A DNA stretch of 64,000 nucleotides from Candidatus Bathyarchaeota archaeon (lineage in GTDB: Archaea; Thermoproteota; Bathyarchaeia; Bathyarchaeales; Bathycorpusculaceae). Below, in pieces: positions 29,953 through 41,103 of this stretch (within the stretch, counting starts at the first letter, position 1; the number at the start of each line of letters is the position of its first letter). A program made the position numbers and the translations under genes. Where the stretch lies: positions 768,001 to 832,000 of the forward strand of contig CAWHDT010000005.1 of assembly GCA_963828195.1 (NCBI GenBank), read 5' to 3'. The notes beneath the pieces were generated by a model. That model ran no database searches. It was not told the DNA's origin and was given only the letters and a program-made list of their open reading frames with translations.

Positions 29953-31785
29953 ATGAAGATAAGCGTAAAAACAGTAATTGCTTTACTAGCTACAACACTG
30001 TGCTTACTGCTAATTCTTAACTTTGTCTCTGATTCGGTAATCCAAACCAATTTTTCAAATATAGAGCAAAGCCAAGTCACTCAGACAATAGCAACAACTC
30101 AGGCTGCAATAATAAACATGGTTTCTGCGTTAGATAGCGAACTTGTTACCTGGTCCCAACTTAACAGCACTTACGAATTTATGCAAAACCAAAATATCGA
30201 ATATTATCAGCAGACGTACTTAACGGCTTCTTCCCTGTCAAATCTGGGCGTAAACTTTGTGATTTTCCTAAATCAAAATGGCAATTTTGTTACCGGTGAG
30301 GGTCTAAACACAACGACGATGCAGCCGATGCAAATCCCGCAGGACATCATAACATTAATGTCAAACAACGGTTTGATTTGGAATTTAAAAAGCGTAGGCA
30401 GCGACACCAGAGGTTTTATTATGTCAGAGGAAGGGCCACTGATGTTAGCTTCAAGACCGATCCTTATGGCCAACGGAGCTGGACCAATAGCTGGACCCGC
30501 AATGGGCACTCTAATTTTCGCCACATATTACAACTCTAATGAAATCAAAAAACTAACATACGTCATGAATCTCCCAATGTCTATTGAGACCATCGGCAGC
30601 TGGGAAACAGAAAATAACATTCATAATTCAACCCTCTCAGCATCCTACATTAGACCAGTGAATCAGCAATACATCAATGGTTATGACATAATTGATGACA
30701 TAAACGGGCAACCAATATTGGCCGTTGGGGCAACGATGCCAAGAACCGTTTACGACCAAGGATTAGCCACCATAAGTTACATTGACCAAGTCCTTTTGGT
30801 TGCTGGAATAATATTTAGTGCTATTATAGTGTTGTTTTTAGAATTTTCAGTGCTCAGGCGATTAAGTAAATTGACAAACGTTGCAAGTAAACTGGGAAAG
30901 CCAGAAAATCTGTCTCAAAAGCTACCTGTTTCGGGAAACGACGAGATAACCTGGTTAACTTTATCATTCAACGGGCTGCTTCAGGAAATACAGAGGCAAA
31001 GCCTCAAGCTTCAAGAATCAGAAAGAATGTCAGCGATTGGCGAACTGGCACGGCAGGTTGGGCATGACTTGCGCAATCCCTTGACCAGCACAAAATACGC
31101 AGCGTATTATCTTAGGCAGAAAGGAGATAAGTGCAGCGATGAAGATAGAGAAAAAATGCTGAATATTATTGAGGGTGACATTAGGCGATCTGATAAAATC
31201 ATCAATGACCTTATGGAATTTTCAAGTGAAATGTGCTTGGAAGTTGAGAAGTGTTCGCCTAAATCACTTTTGAAAGGTGCCCTATCAAGGAGTCAAGTTC
31301 CCGAGAACATATCACTGAAAAATCATGCTTTAGAAACACCGACCATGTTGGCTGATGCATGCAAAATTGAGCGAGTTTTCACAATAATCATAAAAAACGC
31401 TGTGGAGGCAATGCCGAAGGGGGGAACCTTGGAAATACAGAGCACTCAGAAAGACTCTGACGTACAGATAACTTTTGCTGATACGGGCGAAGGCATCTCA
31501 CCGGAGCTTCTGCCAAAAATTTTCTCGCCGTTGCTGACTACAAAAGCACAGGGAATGGGGATTAGCTTAGCAATTTGCAAACGTATAGTAGATAATCATG
31601 GCGGCAAAATAGAGGTTGAAAGCACTGTAAGCGTGGGAACAACGTTTAAAATTACTTTGCCTATTAAACCGCAAATACATCAACAGGACCAAAGAAAGCT
31701 TATGTCTAAACCAGATCCGTTGCTTCACTACAAAAACAGCGCAGTTATAACGCTCAATGGATCAAGCAACCTTAACAATAAATAA
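29953..31785 (+). CDS. Membrane sensor histidine kinase (CHASE4-HAMP-HisKA-HATPase)
   Basis: Two TM helices around an extracellular domain; HAMP GNDEITWL; H-box GHDLRNPL; KNAVEAM, DTGEGI, TTKAQGMG. Confidence 0.9.
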   Translation: MKISVKTVIALLATTLCLLLILNFVSDSVIQTNFSNIEQSQVTQTIATTQAAIINMVSALDSELVTWSQLNSTYEFMQNQNIEYYQQTYLTASSLSNLGVNFVIFLNQNGNFVTGEGLNTTTMQPMQIPQDIITLMSNNGLIWNLKSVGSDTRGFIMSEEGPLMLASRPILMANGAGPIAGPAMGTLIFATYYNSNEIKKLTYVMNLPMSIETIGSWETENNIHNSTLSASYIRPVNQQYINGYDIIDDINGQPILAVGATMPRTVYDQGLATISYIDQVLLVAGIIFSAIIVLFLEFSVLRRLSKLTNVASKLGKPENLSQKLPVSGNDEITWLTLSFNGLLQEIQRQSLKLQESERMSAIGELARQVGHDLRNPLTSTKYAAYYLRQKGDKCSDEDREKMLNIIEGDIRRSDKIINDLMEFSSEMCLEVEKCSPKSLLKGALSRSQVPENISLKNHALETPTMLADACKIERVFTIIIKNAVEAMPKGGTLEIQSTQKDSDVQITFADTGEGISPELLPKIFSPLLTTKAQGMGISLAICKRIVDNHGGKIEVESTVSVGTTFKITLPIKPQIHQQDQRKLMSKPDPLLHYKNSAVITLNGSSNLNNK

Positions 31786-31928
31786 CCAATTTTGGCTTAA
31801 GCTCATCTTTTCATTTAGACAGCTTAAGTTCTTTGACTCTCTAAATTTGCGTAGAATAATATCGAGAAGACCACGTCTTAGCTAAAAAGAAAACGGGTTT
31901 CGCAATCTCGATATCAGCGGCGTTTTTG

Positions 31929-32642
31929 TTATAAGCCTTTGTTTCCGATTTGGTTGTGATAAACGAAGTCTTCTATGTCCCTGCGTACCCTGAGGCTTTT
32001 GGTTGAGGCAGTGGGGTATCCTAAGCGGCATGTAAAGGCGATTTTCATGTATTCTTGAATCCCCAGAAGCTTCTTGAGTTCCGCCTCGACGTGGGGAGCT
32101 GCAAAAACGCTGAGAATCTGAAGGCTAACGCCTAAAGCTTGCGCCATAAGCCACATGTTCTCCATAACGCAGCCTAAGCTTATGAAACCTAAAACGTCGC
32201 TTGCCGAAGCAGGTGCCCTCTTCCTGGAATCGTATGTTACTATGAGAAGTGTTGGGCTGCCTCTGAGGGACTGGGTCAGCGGCATAGGTTCAGCTTGGCG
32301 AGCTGTTTCAGATATTTTGGCAGGGTCAACCCATGCTGGCGGAAACATTGAGCCCAAGATTCCGGTTTTCTTTTTCAAAAGCTCCTCTTTTGAGAATGAC
32401 AGCTGTTCATAGTTTTCGCGCAGAAACTCTTCAGATATGCGAGATTTGATGTTTCCAATCTTTTCGAGCATTGCTTTGTCGTCAACCACGATGACTTCGA
32501 AGTTTTGCATGTTGTGTGCGGTTGGAGCCCACCTTGCAGCCTCTAAAATCTGTTTCAGGTTCTCTTTTGATACTGGGCGATTCGGGTCAAAGGGTGCTCT
32601 TGCGGATTGGCGTTCCTGAATGATTTTTAGGATTTCGCTCAT
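31929..32642 (-). CDS. Nitroreductase family protein
   Basis: ERQSAR, ILEAARWAPTAHNMQ, ENMWLMAQALG, RLGYP. Confidence 0.9.
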   Translation of the reverse strand: MSEILKIIQERQSARAPFDPNRPVSKENLKQILEAARWAPTAHNMQNFEVIVVDDKAMLEKIGNIKSRISEEFLRENYEQLSFSKEELLKKKTGILGSMFPPAWVDPAKISETARQAEPMPLTQSLRGSPTLLIVTYDSRKRAPASASDVLGFISLGCVMENMWLMAQALGVSLQILSVFAAPHVEAELKKLLGIQEYMKIAFTCRLGYPTASTKSLRVRRDIEDFVYHNQIGNKGL

Positions 32643-32644
32643 GT

Positions 32645-33691
32645 TTATCCCTCACTTACTTTTAGGACTGCGCGGAAATGAACTTTCGCTGTCATCATCC
32701 GTTCAAAAGCCTCTGGGGCTTGCTCTAGCGGAAAGACTTCTACCATGGGAACCACATGTGTGAGTACGCTGAAGTTCATTGTGTCAGCGGTGTTTCCTCC
32801 AACCCAACCGCTCACGGAGCGTACCGCACGCATCAGCTGAACGGGAGAGATCTGTAGGGGTTCATTAACGAATGTTATAATTATCAATTGCCCATTGCGA
32901 GCGAGTCCGCCGACAAGATCCGATATGGCTTTGCTGTTGGGCGCTGTACAAAAGATGGCTCTTGCGCCGCCCAGCTTCATTAATTCTTCAGCCGCATTCA
33001 CGGTGTTTGCGTCAAGGTAGATTTGGGCGCCAAGCCTTCCAGCCAGTGCTTCTTTTTCTTTGCCGCGCGATATAACGGCAGTCTTTAAGCCAAGTCGGAC
33101 AGCGAACTGCAGCGCTAAATGACCTAAACCTCCGAAGCCTTGGATCGCAATTAGATCGCCGCCTTGAACTCTGCTGCTCTTCAACGCACCAAGAGTGGTT
33201 GCGCCTGCGCACAGGAGAGGTGCAGCCTCCACTGAGCTGAGCTCATCTGGAATGACCGTTAAGACATCCATGCGGGCCACCATGTACTCGGCGTATCCTC
33301 CGTCCGTTGAGATGCCCGTCGCTAAGGGGCTTTCGCAAGCCCAAAATTCCCCTTTTAAGCATGATTTGCATCGTTGGCAGTGTCCGCCGCGCCAGCCTAC
33401 CCCGACTCTTTGCCCGACCTTCCAGTAGGAGGACTCGGATCCCAGTTTGGCGATTGTGCCGACGACTTCGTGGCCAGGAGTCCTTGGATACTGCAAACCA
33501 GGAAAATATCCTTGTTTAACGATTGCGTCTCCATGGCAGACGCCGCAGGCTTGTACTTTAAGAAGAACTTCATTTTCTTTCGGCTCAGGAATTTCTTTTT
33601 GAACCAGCTTAAAATCTCCGCCAGGGGCGCAAACTTGAATTGCTTTCATTAATGGCATAAAATTACCTTTGATTTTAATTTTATCGGTCAC
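32645..33691 (-). CDS. Zn-dependent alcohol dehydrogenase
   Basis: CGVCHGD, PGHEVVG, CQRCKSC...C, PLLCAG, GFGGLGH. True start may be slightly downstream. Confidence 0.92.
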   Translation of the reverse strand: MTDKIKIKGNFMPLMKAIQVCAPGGDFKLVQKEIPEPKENEVLLKVQACGVCHGDAIVKQGYFPGLQYPRTPGHEVVGTIAKLGSESSYWKVGQRVGVGWRGGHCQRCKSCLKGEFWACESPLATGISTDGGYAEYMVARMDVLTVIPDELSSVEAAPLLCAGATTLGALKSSRVQGGDLIAIQGFGGLGHLALQFAVRLGLKTAVISRGKEKEALAGRLGAQIYLDANTVNAAEELMKLGGARAIFCTAPNSKAISDLVGGLARNGQLIIITFVNEPLQISPVQLMRAVRSVSGWVGGNTADTMNFSVLTHVVPMVEVFPLEQAPEAFERMMTAKVHFRAVLKVSEG

Positions 33692-33822
33692 CTATAAACG
33701 TTGTCAAGATGCAAAAAGGCTGCGTCTATAAGCTGCGTTTAAAGGCGGAACTTGACTGTATGGCTTCTTTCTAACCAATATAGGAGCTGCACAGGAAAAA
33801 TTTGCCTAAAAACTTGGTTTCA

Positions 33823-36800
33823 TTATGAAGGATTAGGCATTCCGTTTAAGTCATTGGGAAATTCCACGGTGAATTGTGTGCCCTTTCCAAGTTGGGTTTC
33901 AACGGTTACTGTGCCATTTAATGCTTCTGCCAGTTTTTTCACTATTGCTAATCCGAGACCTTGTCCTTTGGCTTTGGTTGTGAATAACGGGTTGAAAAGC
34001 TTGTTTTTCACTTCGTCAGGTATTCCTGGGCCTGTGTCTGAAACAGTGATGAACACTTTCTTGTTTTTGCAGGTCGCGGTTATAGCTACTTTTCCTCCAT
34101 TTGGCATGGCTTGCACAGCGTTTGAAGTCAAGTTTGTCAGTATCCTTTTCAGGTAAAGCGGATCAGTGTTCATTTTTGGAAATTTTGCATCTATGCTGCT
34201 AGAAACTGTTACGGTTTCTGGAACAGTCACAAAGGACAAAACTTCTTTGACGACTTTTTCAAGGTCTGTTTCCTGTATTTGCGGCTTGGGCGTTTTCGCG
34301 AAGTCCTGAAGGTCTTGCACGATTTTGTTCACGTAAGTTAACTGTTCCTCAATGAAACCTATGCTTTCATTTACATCCGCTTTAGCGGGGGTGTCAGGCA
34401 AAGATTCAAGAGTGGTTCTTGCCAAGTAGAGTTCGCCGGTGATGGATTGGAGCGGGTTGCGAATGTCATGGCCAACCATGCCCGCAGTCTCGCCAATGGC
34501 TGCCAGACGTTCAGAGTCTTTGAGTTTTTTGGTTCGCTCTTCAACCAATGCTTCCAAATGTACTGAGTATGTCTTCAACTCTTTTTCATTTTCTTCCAGC
34601 ATTTCCAGCATTCGGCTGTTAGCGAGGGCAACTGAGGCAATTTCTCCAAAAGCCATTGCCATTTCGCGGTCGCGTTCGGTGAATCCTCCTTTTTTATTAG
34701 CCAACCCGATTACCCCGACCACTTTCTTTTCAATTGTCAATGGCGCAAACAACACATTGTCGAGTTGCACATGACCCTGCGGCATGAATTTACAATATTC
34801 ACTCTGTGTAAAATCATTTTCAACTGCAGCTTCCCCGGATTTGTAGGCTTCAGCGCGGAGTCCACGAATAGGCATAGGAAGCGAAGGATCAACAGTGCAA
34901 GGTCGCCCTCCTGAATCCAAGAACAAAACATCGTTTTGTTTTCCATCTTTGCTTAAGAGGGCAACGTAGCCGGCTGTTGCTCCGATTAATTCTTTGGCGC
35001 CGTCAAATAATATTCGCGCCGAATCCTGAAATTCTCTGTTTTGCAAAACTGCACGTGATGCACTCAATAAGGCTGAAATCTCGGAGCTTCGTCGGTATGA
35101 TTCTTCAAGAGAGATAGATAATTTTTGCTCTATTTTTATGCGCTCGGTGACGTCCCGGTTGCTAGCACGGCGGCCTATCCATTTGCCGTCGTCGTCGAAA
35201 ACTGCTTTGCATGAATGAGCAATCCAACGTGTTTCTCCATCGCGGGTTAATATTCGAAAATCAACAGCATGCAATTCTTCTGTGTTGATTAAATCAAAAT
35301 GTGGACCGATAATTGCTTTGTCCTCTGGGTGGACGATTTTTGTGAGTAGTGTGGGGTCTTTGATGAACTCGATGGCATCGTAGCCTGTGATCCTTTTGCT
35401 TGAAGGTGAAACGTAAATTAGGGTCCCGTCGGGTGCAATCCAGTATTCCCAATTATAAGCGAAATCAGAGACCGTTCGGAACTTAACCTCGCTCCCGCGC
35501 AACGCTTCCTCAGCAAGGGTTCTTGAAAGAGCTGATGCCAAGCGGTCGGCTATTCGCTCCCACATCTGAATCGTTTCAAGATTAAACATGCCTTTTCGTT
35601 TGTCATTTAGCTGAAGCAGCCCCAACCGTGTTTCTCCGATGGCCAAGGGAATCAGGGCAATTGACTTGTAGCCTTCGCGGTTGCAACAGTTTCGGGTTTT
35701 TCCACGCGATTCAGCGGTTGTAGTTGCGAGGAGTAATGTGGTGTTGTTTGTCCAGAAGCTTCCTTTTTCAGTGAAGAAGTCTTTGCTTGGATCAAACTTT
35801 CCCGATACCACGGCTCCGCACATGCATTCGATAATCGGGGTACCTTTAGAATCTCGGACAACGTACCCTGCATCGTCTCTGGCGCATATTTGGTTCTCCA
35901 GTCGGACATGTTCAGGCGGGAACCCACTTGTCACATAATATGGGTACTCCTCCCCTTCTTTGAGCCTGATGCCTACTGCTTCACATCCACACTGTTTCTG
36001 GAAGAAATCTGTAGCTGCCTTTACAAGCTCATGGGTGCTAGTAGTTGCGTTGGCTATTTTTAAGAATTCAACGGTGATTTCGCGTTCAGCTTCAGATTTT
36101 TTCCGTTCGGTGATGTCCTCTAAGACTGCAGCGAAATAACCTTTTGCCGGAGAGTAAACTGAAACATTTAGCCACAGGTTTAGGTATTTTTGGAAATGTT
36201 CATCCTTCTCTTTTTGACCCGTGAGCGCTACTCTGCCGTAAATTTCAAAAAGCTCAGGATTATCCTCTTTAATTCCGGGAATCACCTCTGAAACTTTCTT
36301 CCCAACAATCAGGTTTCTTTTTAAGCTCATTATTCTTTCAAACGCATCATTGACTTGAAGATAAACAAAGTCCACGGGCTTGCCTGCTTTATCAAATATC
36401 ATTTGGCAATAAGCAAAGCCGTCTATCATGTTGGAGAAAAGAGAACTATATTCTGCTTCACTTTTCCGTAGTGCTTCATCAGCTTTTTTGCGTTCAGTAA
36501 TATCGCTAAACAATGCTATGTTAGCTACGTGTTTTCCGTTCTCGTCAAATAATGGTGAAGCATTACAAGCTGCCCACAGAAGAGAGCCGTCTTTGCGGCT
36601 GGAACTCAAATTCTCTATACTGAATCTGTTCAGTTTCCAAGCTGTTTCTCATCTTCGGCACTTGTCTTTTTTGTTCTTCTTCAGACATGAGTTCAAAGCT
36701 CGATTTCCTGAGTAGTTCATCGACTGAGTAGCCGAACATTTGAGCGAGCCTATTGTTGACGAAGGTGTGGGCACCATCAGGTTTAGCGATGACTATACCT

Positions 36801-39800
36801 TCTGCTGCAGTCTCAACAATTGTACGATACTTCTGTTCACTTTCAGCCAACGCTTCCTCAGCTTTCTTGCGTTCAGTGATGTTTAGGGCTGTAAAGCTTA
36901 TTCCAGTTATTTCATTTTGAGCGTTCCTTTTTGGTTCGAAGTAGACGTCGAAGTTTCTTTCTCCCAAAGGCCCCTTTCCTCTCACCTCTCGCTGTGCGGG
37001 GCTGCCTTTTGAAATGACTTCCTTTAAGCATTCCATTATGTCATTTACATTTTCCAGATTCATTCCAGTGCCGAACTTTTTACCCATCATATCTTCAGGG
37101 GTGTAACCTCCCTGAGGATTATACACCCATGTGAACCGGAGAGCGCGGTCTAGGGTGCCAACGGTTACGGGCGCATTTTTTAAGGTAAAAACAAACCGTT
37201 TTTCACTCTCTCTAAGGGTATCTTCCAATTTTTTGCGGTCGGTGACATCTTTGGAGATTCTCAAGGTTGTCTCAACAGTGCCGGCAACAGAAAATTCGGG
37301 AATGATAACATACTGATAAGTTCTCGTCCCTGTTGGACCTGGGACTTCAATTTCGCCCTCTTCTACCTTGCCAGTTTGGATTGTATTTTGAAGAGTCTTC
37401 GTCCATGTTTCGGCGAGATTTTGAGGTAAGCCCATTTCTTGATCGGTTTTGCCAACGAAGTTTCAAGCAGGTATTCCTGTTAATTTTTCAATAGCCGAAT
37501 TGACGTACAAGAAGCGCAGGTTTCTGTCAAACCTAGCGATAATATCTGGCGAGTTTTCAGCAAGAGTTCGGTACTTGGTCTCCTCGATTTGCAATTTGCT
37601 TTCATGCTGTTTCAGTTCATTAACATCTATGAACGATAGAACGGCGCCGTCTATTTTGTTGTCTTCAGTTATGTATGGTCGAACGCGCATTTCATAAGAA
37701 CGCCCATTTTCGTCATTAACTTCTTTGTTCACCGCGTTGAGGGTCGTTATTACTTCTGAGATGATTTTCTCCAAGTCAGGAACCGAAATGGCGAGATGCA
37801 CGTTAGATATTGGCAGCCCAGTGTCGGAAGGAACGAAATTCAGAATTTTTTGAGCAGAAGGCGTAAAAAGTCTAATCTTTAAGTTGCAATCAACCATTAC
37901 GACGGCTGGATCAACGTTCCTGGTCAAGTTCGTTACATTATCGTTTAGTCTGGCGAGTGTTTGATTTCGATTCTTCAACTCGTCATTCAAAGTGGTTAAT
38001 TCTTCATTACTCGATTGTAGCTCTTCTTTAGCGGTTTCCAGTTCCTCGTTTGTACTTTGCAGTTCCTCATTGCTTGACTGCACTTCCTCCATGGCAGAAC
38101 GCAACTCCTCGTTGGTTGCCTCCTGCGTCTCAATAACTGTCTGCAAATACTGCTTGGAAGAGTCCAATTCTTCTTTCAGTTCCCGAATTTGACTATTCTT
38201 AACGTTCTCGCGCCCCTCGGGCGTAGATGAAAGTTCAATGGTCTGACGCAGATGCGCAGCAGCAGAACTAACATCTTCAAACAACACCAGAAAGAAAGGC
38301 TCTTCGTATTGTTTCGCAATCAGGGGCATTACCTGAATATTTATGGTCTTTGATTGCTCACCGTATTGAAAGCGTATTGCCGCTTCTTTGATGGGCGTGT
38401 TCTCTTTTTTTGCTCGGTAAACTGCACTTTGAAGTTCTGGCCTCAATTCCTTCCGAATCATCTTTGCAACATTCAAACTTGCTTGCCCTGACTCGGGTGA
38501 AAGATAAGGCGTGATGTTTCCGCGGAAAACAAGAATATCTAAGTTACTGTTGACCAGAATTGCCGCAGGAACATATTCCGTTATTAGTATTCGGTCTACT
38601 TCGTCGCGTATAAGCGAGATTGAGTCTTTTTTCTCAGGCTCCTTGAAACCTTTTTTTCCAGCATAAGCAACCCCAGCCGCAAAGCCAAAATTAACGCCGG
38701 GCTGAGCTTTCTTTTTCGTGAAAATAAAACCTTTCTTGTTAACTGGTTCAAAAAGGGCGGTGGATTTGCCGATGCTTTCAGATTCGCCTAGAATAAGAAA
38801 ACCGTTTGGTTTCAACGCGTAATGCAGGATGGCTACTATTCTTTCTTGAAGTTGCGTGTCAAAATAGATTAGCATGTTCCTGCAGCTGATAAGACTCAAG
38901 TTGGAGAAAGGCGGGTCGGCAGTTAAATCTTGTTTCGCAAATACACACACGTCTCGGATGAACTTTGTAATTTGATAGCTTCCGTTGAAACTTGTGAAGA
39001 AACGTTTTAACCGATTTTCCGAGACATTAGCTTCTATGCTTTTTGGGTATATTCCTTGACGTGCTTTATCAACATTCTTTTCGTTCACATCAGTCCCGAA
39101 AATCTGGATCTGCACATCGTTCGTGCCTGTTTCTTCGAGGAATTCTTGGAGCGCAATGGCAAAAGAGTAAGCCTCTTCGCCTGTGGAGCAACCTGGAATC
39201 CAAATTCTTATAGGTTCTCTAGAAGCTCGGTTTTTTAGAAGTTCAGGAAACAGTTTTTCCTTCAAAATCAAGAAGGTTCTGGGTTCCCTAAAGAAACTGG
39301 TTACGCCGATCAGCATGTCATCAAACAATGCTTGCAGTTCACCGGGATGCGTTCCCAAGTACTCTGCATATTTCGTTATGTTGTCTACATGATTAATAAC
39401 CATGCGTCGCGTAACTCGCCTGTTGACAACGGCCTCTTTGTAGTAAGTGAAATCTACGTTGAATGAAGATTTTAAAAGTGTGAAGATTCGCCGTAAACCC
39501 GTTTCTTTTGCAGTCTTAGGCTCCTGAGACACTATTTCGGCGCGAACCAACTGAGGGGTCTTAGCGATTTTTGAAAGCTCCTTAGCAATCTTATCAGGAG
39601 AAAGAACAAAATCGACGGCGTCGGCTGATATAGCGCTTTGAGGCATGCCCGCATATTGCGCGGAGTCTGTATCCTGGGCAAAAGTGATGCCGCCTTCTGC
39701 CTTAATTGCTTTGAGCCCTTCGGTACCATCCATGCCTGTTCCTGAAAGCACAATCCCGATAGCTTGAGTTTTGCGTTCCGCAGCGAGAGAACTTAAGAAA

Positions 39801-40174
39801 GCATCAATCGGTCTTAGAGATTTACCCTTTGGATTAAGCTTTAAAAAACCATCCGACAGGGTCATGGTTGTCCCGGGCGGAATGACATAAACATAATCGG
39901 GTTTAACATGCAGTCCGTCCTCAACTTGGAAAACGAGCATTCTTGTAAATCTGGAAAGAATGTCAGTCAACATGCTTTCTTGGCCTGAGGCAAGGTGTTG
40001 AATTATCACAAAAGCCAAACCCGTGTCAACGGGTAAAGACTCAAGCAGCTCCTTAAAAGCTTCTAAGCCGCCTGCAGAAGCGCCAATTCCAACAATCGGA
40101 AACTCTTTAGGAAATTTACTTTCAGAAACGTTCTGTTTTTTTAAACCGTTTTTGTTATTACTCTTTATACCCGT
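33823..40174 (-). pseudogene. Giant CheB-CheR-PAS(n)-GAF-histidine kinase hybrid, split into three ORFs
   Basis: CheB IVGIGASAGG lies upstream of the called TTG; CheR IWIPGCSTGEEAYS and CRNMLIYF; in-frame TGA at 37463-37465; one-base frameshift near 36600; multiple PAS/PAC (DITERK) and two GAF domains; H-box GHDIRNPL; TTKAKGQGLGL. Confidence 0.8.
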
Positions 40175-40461
40175 AAATGACCATCCAACGAATCCGTTAT
40201 AAATCGGTTTCCAGAAAATAAGTAACTCGCATAATTAATATCTTTTCAATCTTAAGCTGAATAGCAGTTTACTATTACCGAACAAAAGTGAATTATTGTT
40301 AAGGAAAAATGGAAAAGCTCTCGAATTCAAATTTCCTTTTCATAACTACCTGATTTTTCTAAGGCGAAAAATAGCTTGATTCGTTTAACATTTAGAGTAA
40401 AACGTTTTTTATGCCAAACTATTTAATTACCTTTGCAATTTACTGATTATTAGGTGTTTGA

Positions 40462-40695
40462 ATGCCTCGGGCGTATGTGTTGTTTAATGTTGAGTCGGGT
40501 TCAGAAGATACCGTGTTAAAACAGCTTAAAAACATAAGCAACGTCGAAGAAGCCTATGTTTCCTATGGAGTTTACGACTTGGTTGTACGGGTCAAAGCTG
40601 ACACTATGGAAGAACTGAAAGATTCAGTGACACATAAAATTCGGAAGATCAAGCAGGTTCGCTCGACTTTAACGTTGATAATGATGGAAGAATAA
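40462..40695 (+). CDS. Stand-alone Lrp/AsnC ligand-binding (RAM) domain protein
   Basis: AYVLFNVE...YGVYDLVVRV...IRKIKQVRSTLTL. Confidence 0.88.
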   Translation: MPRAYVLFNVESGSEDTVLKQLKNISNVEEAYVSYGVYDLVVRVKADTMEELKDSVTHKIRKIKQVRSTLTLIMMEE

Positions 40696-40860
40696 TCTCT
40701 TTACCCTTTTATTTTTTAGATTCCATCCCTGATTTAGCATTTACGTTTTTTGAGTTTTCACCATCGAATCCAGAGAATTTACGTTTTTTCAGTTAAAGAG
40801 GCAGCGACGTGGGTAAAGATTTAAGTGTGACAAATATGCTTTATGTGCAAGGTGCATTAA

Positions 40861-41022
40861 ATGCCAACTCACGGAAGCTTATCTAAAGCAGGAAAAGTCC
40901 GCTCTCAAACGCCCAAAATCCAGGCGACACCAAAAACATCCCCGAGCCCAAAAAACCGAAACAGACGCAACTATGAAAAACGCACGATCCTGCAACGGAA
41001 AGCAGGCCAAAACTGGATGTAA
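40861..41022 (+). CDS. rps30e: 30S ribosomal protein S30e (absent from ORF track)
   Basis: [21 protein letters not shown]...RNRRNYEKR, 53 aa. Confidence 0.95.
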   Translation: MPTHGSLSKAGKVRSQTPKIQATPKTSPSPKNRNRRNYEKRTILQRKAGQNWM

Positions 41023-41103
41023 GCTCAGAAGCAAAACTGTTTTTTAGCTTAAATGTTCTCACAACGTTAGTGTAGTTTATTTATCCGTTAACTAAACGTT
41101 ATT

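Noticed and set aside
37980-38130. Tandem-like nucleotide repeats in the CheBR gene
   Set aside because: They encode the normal EELQSxNEEL coiled-coil repeats of CheBR proteins.
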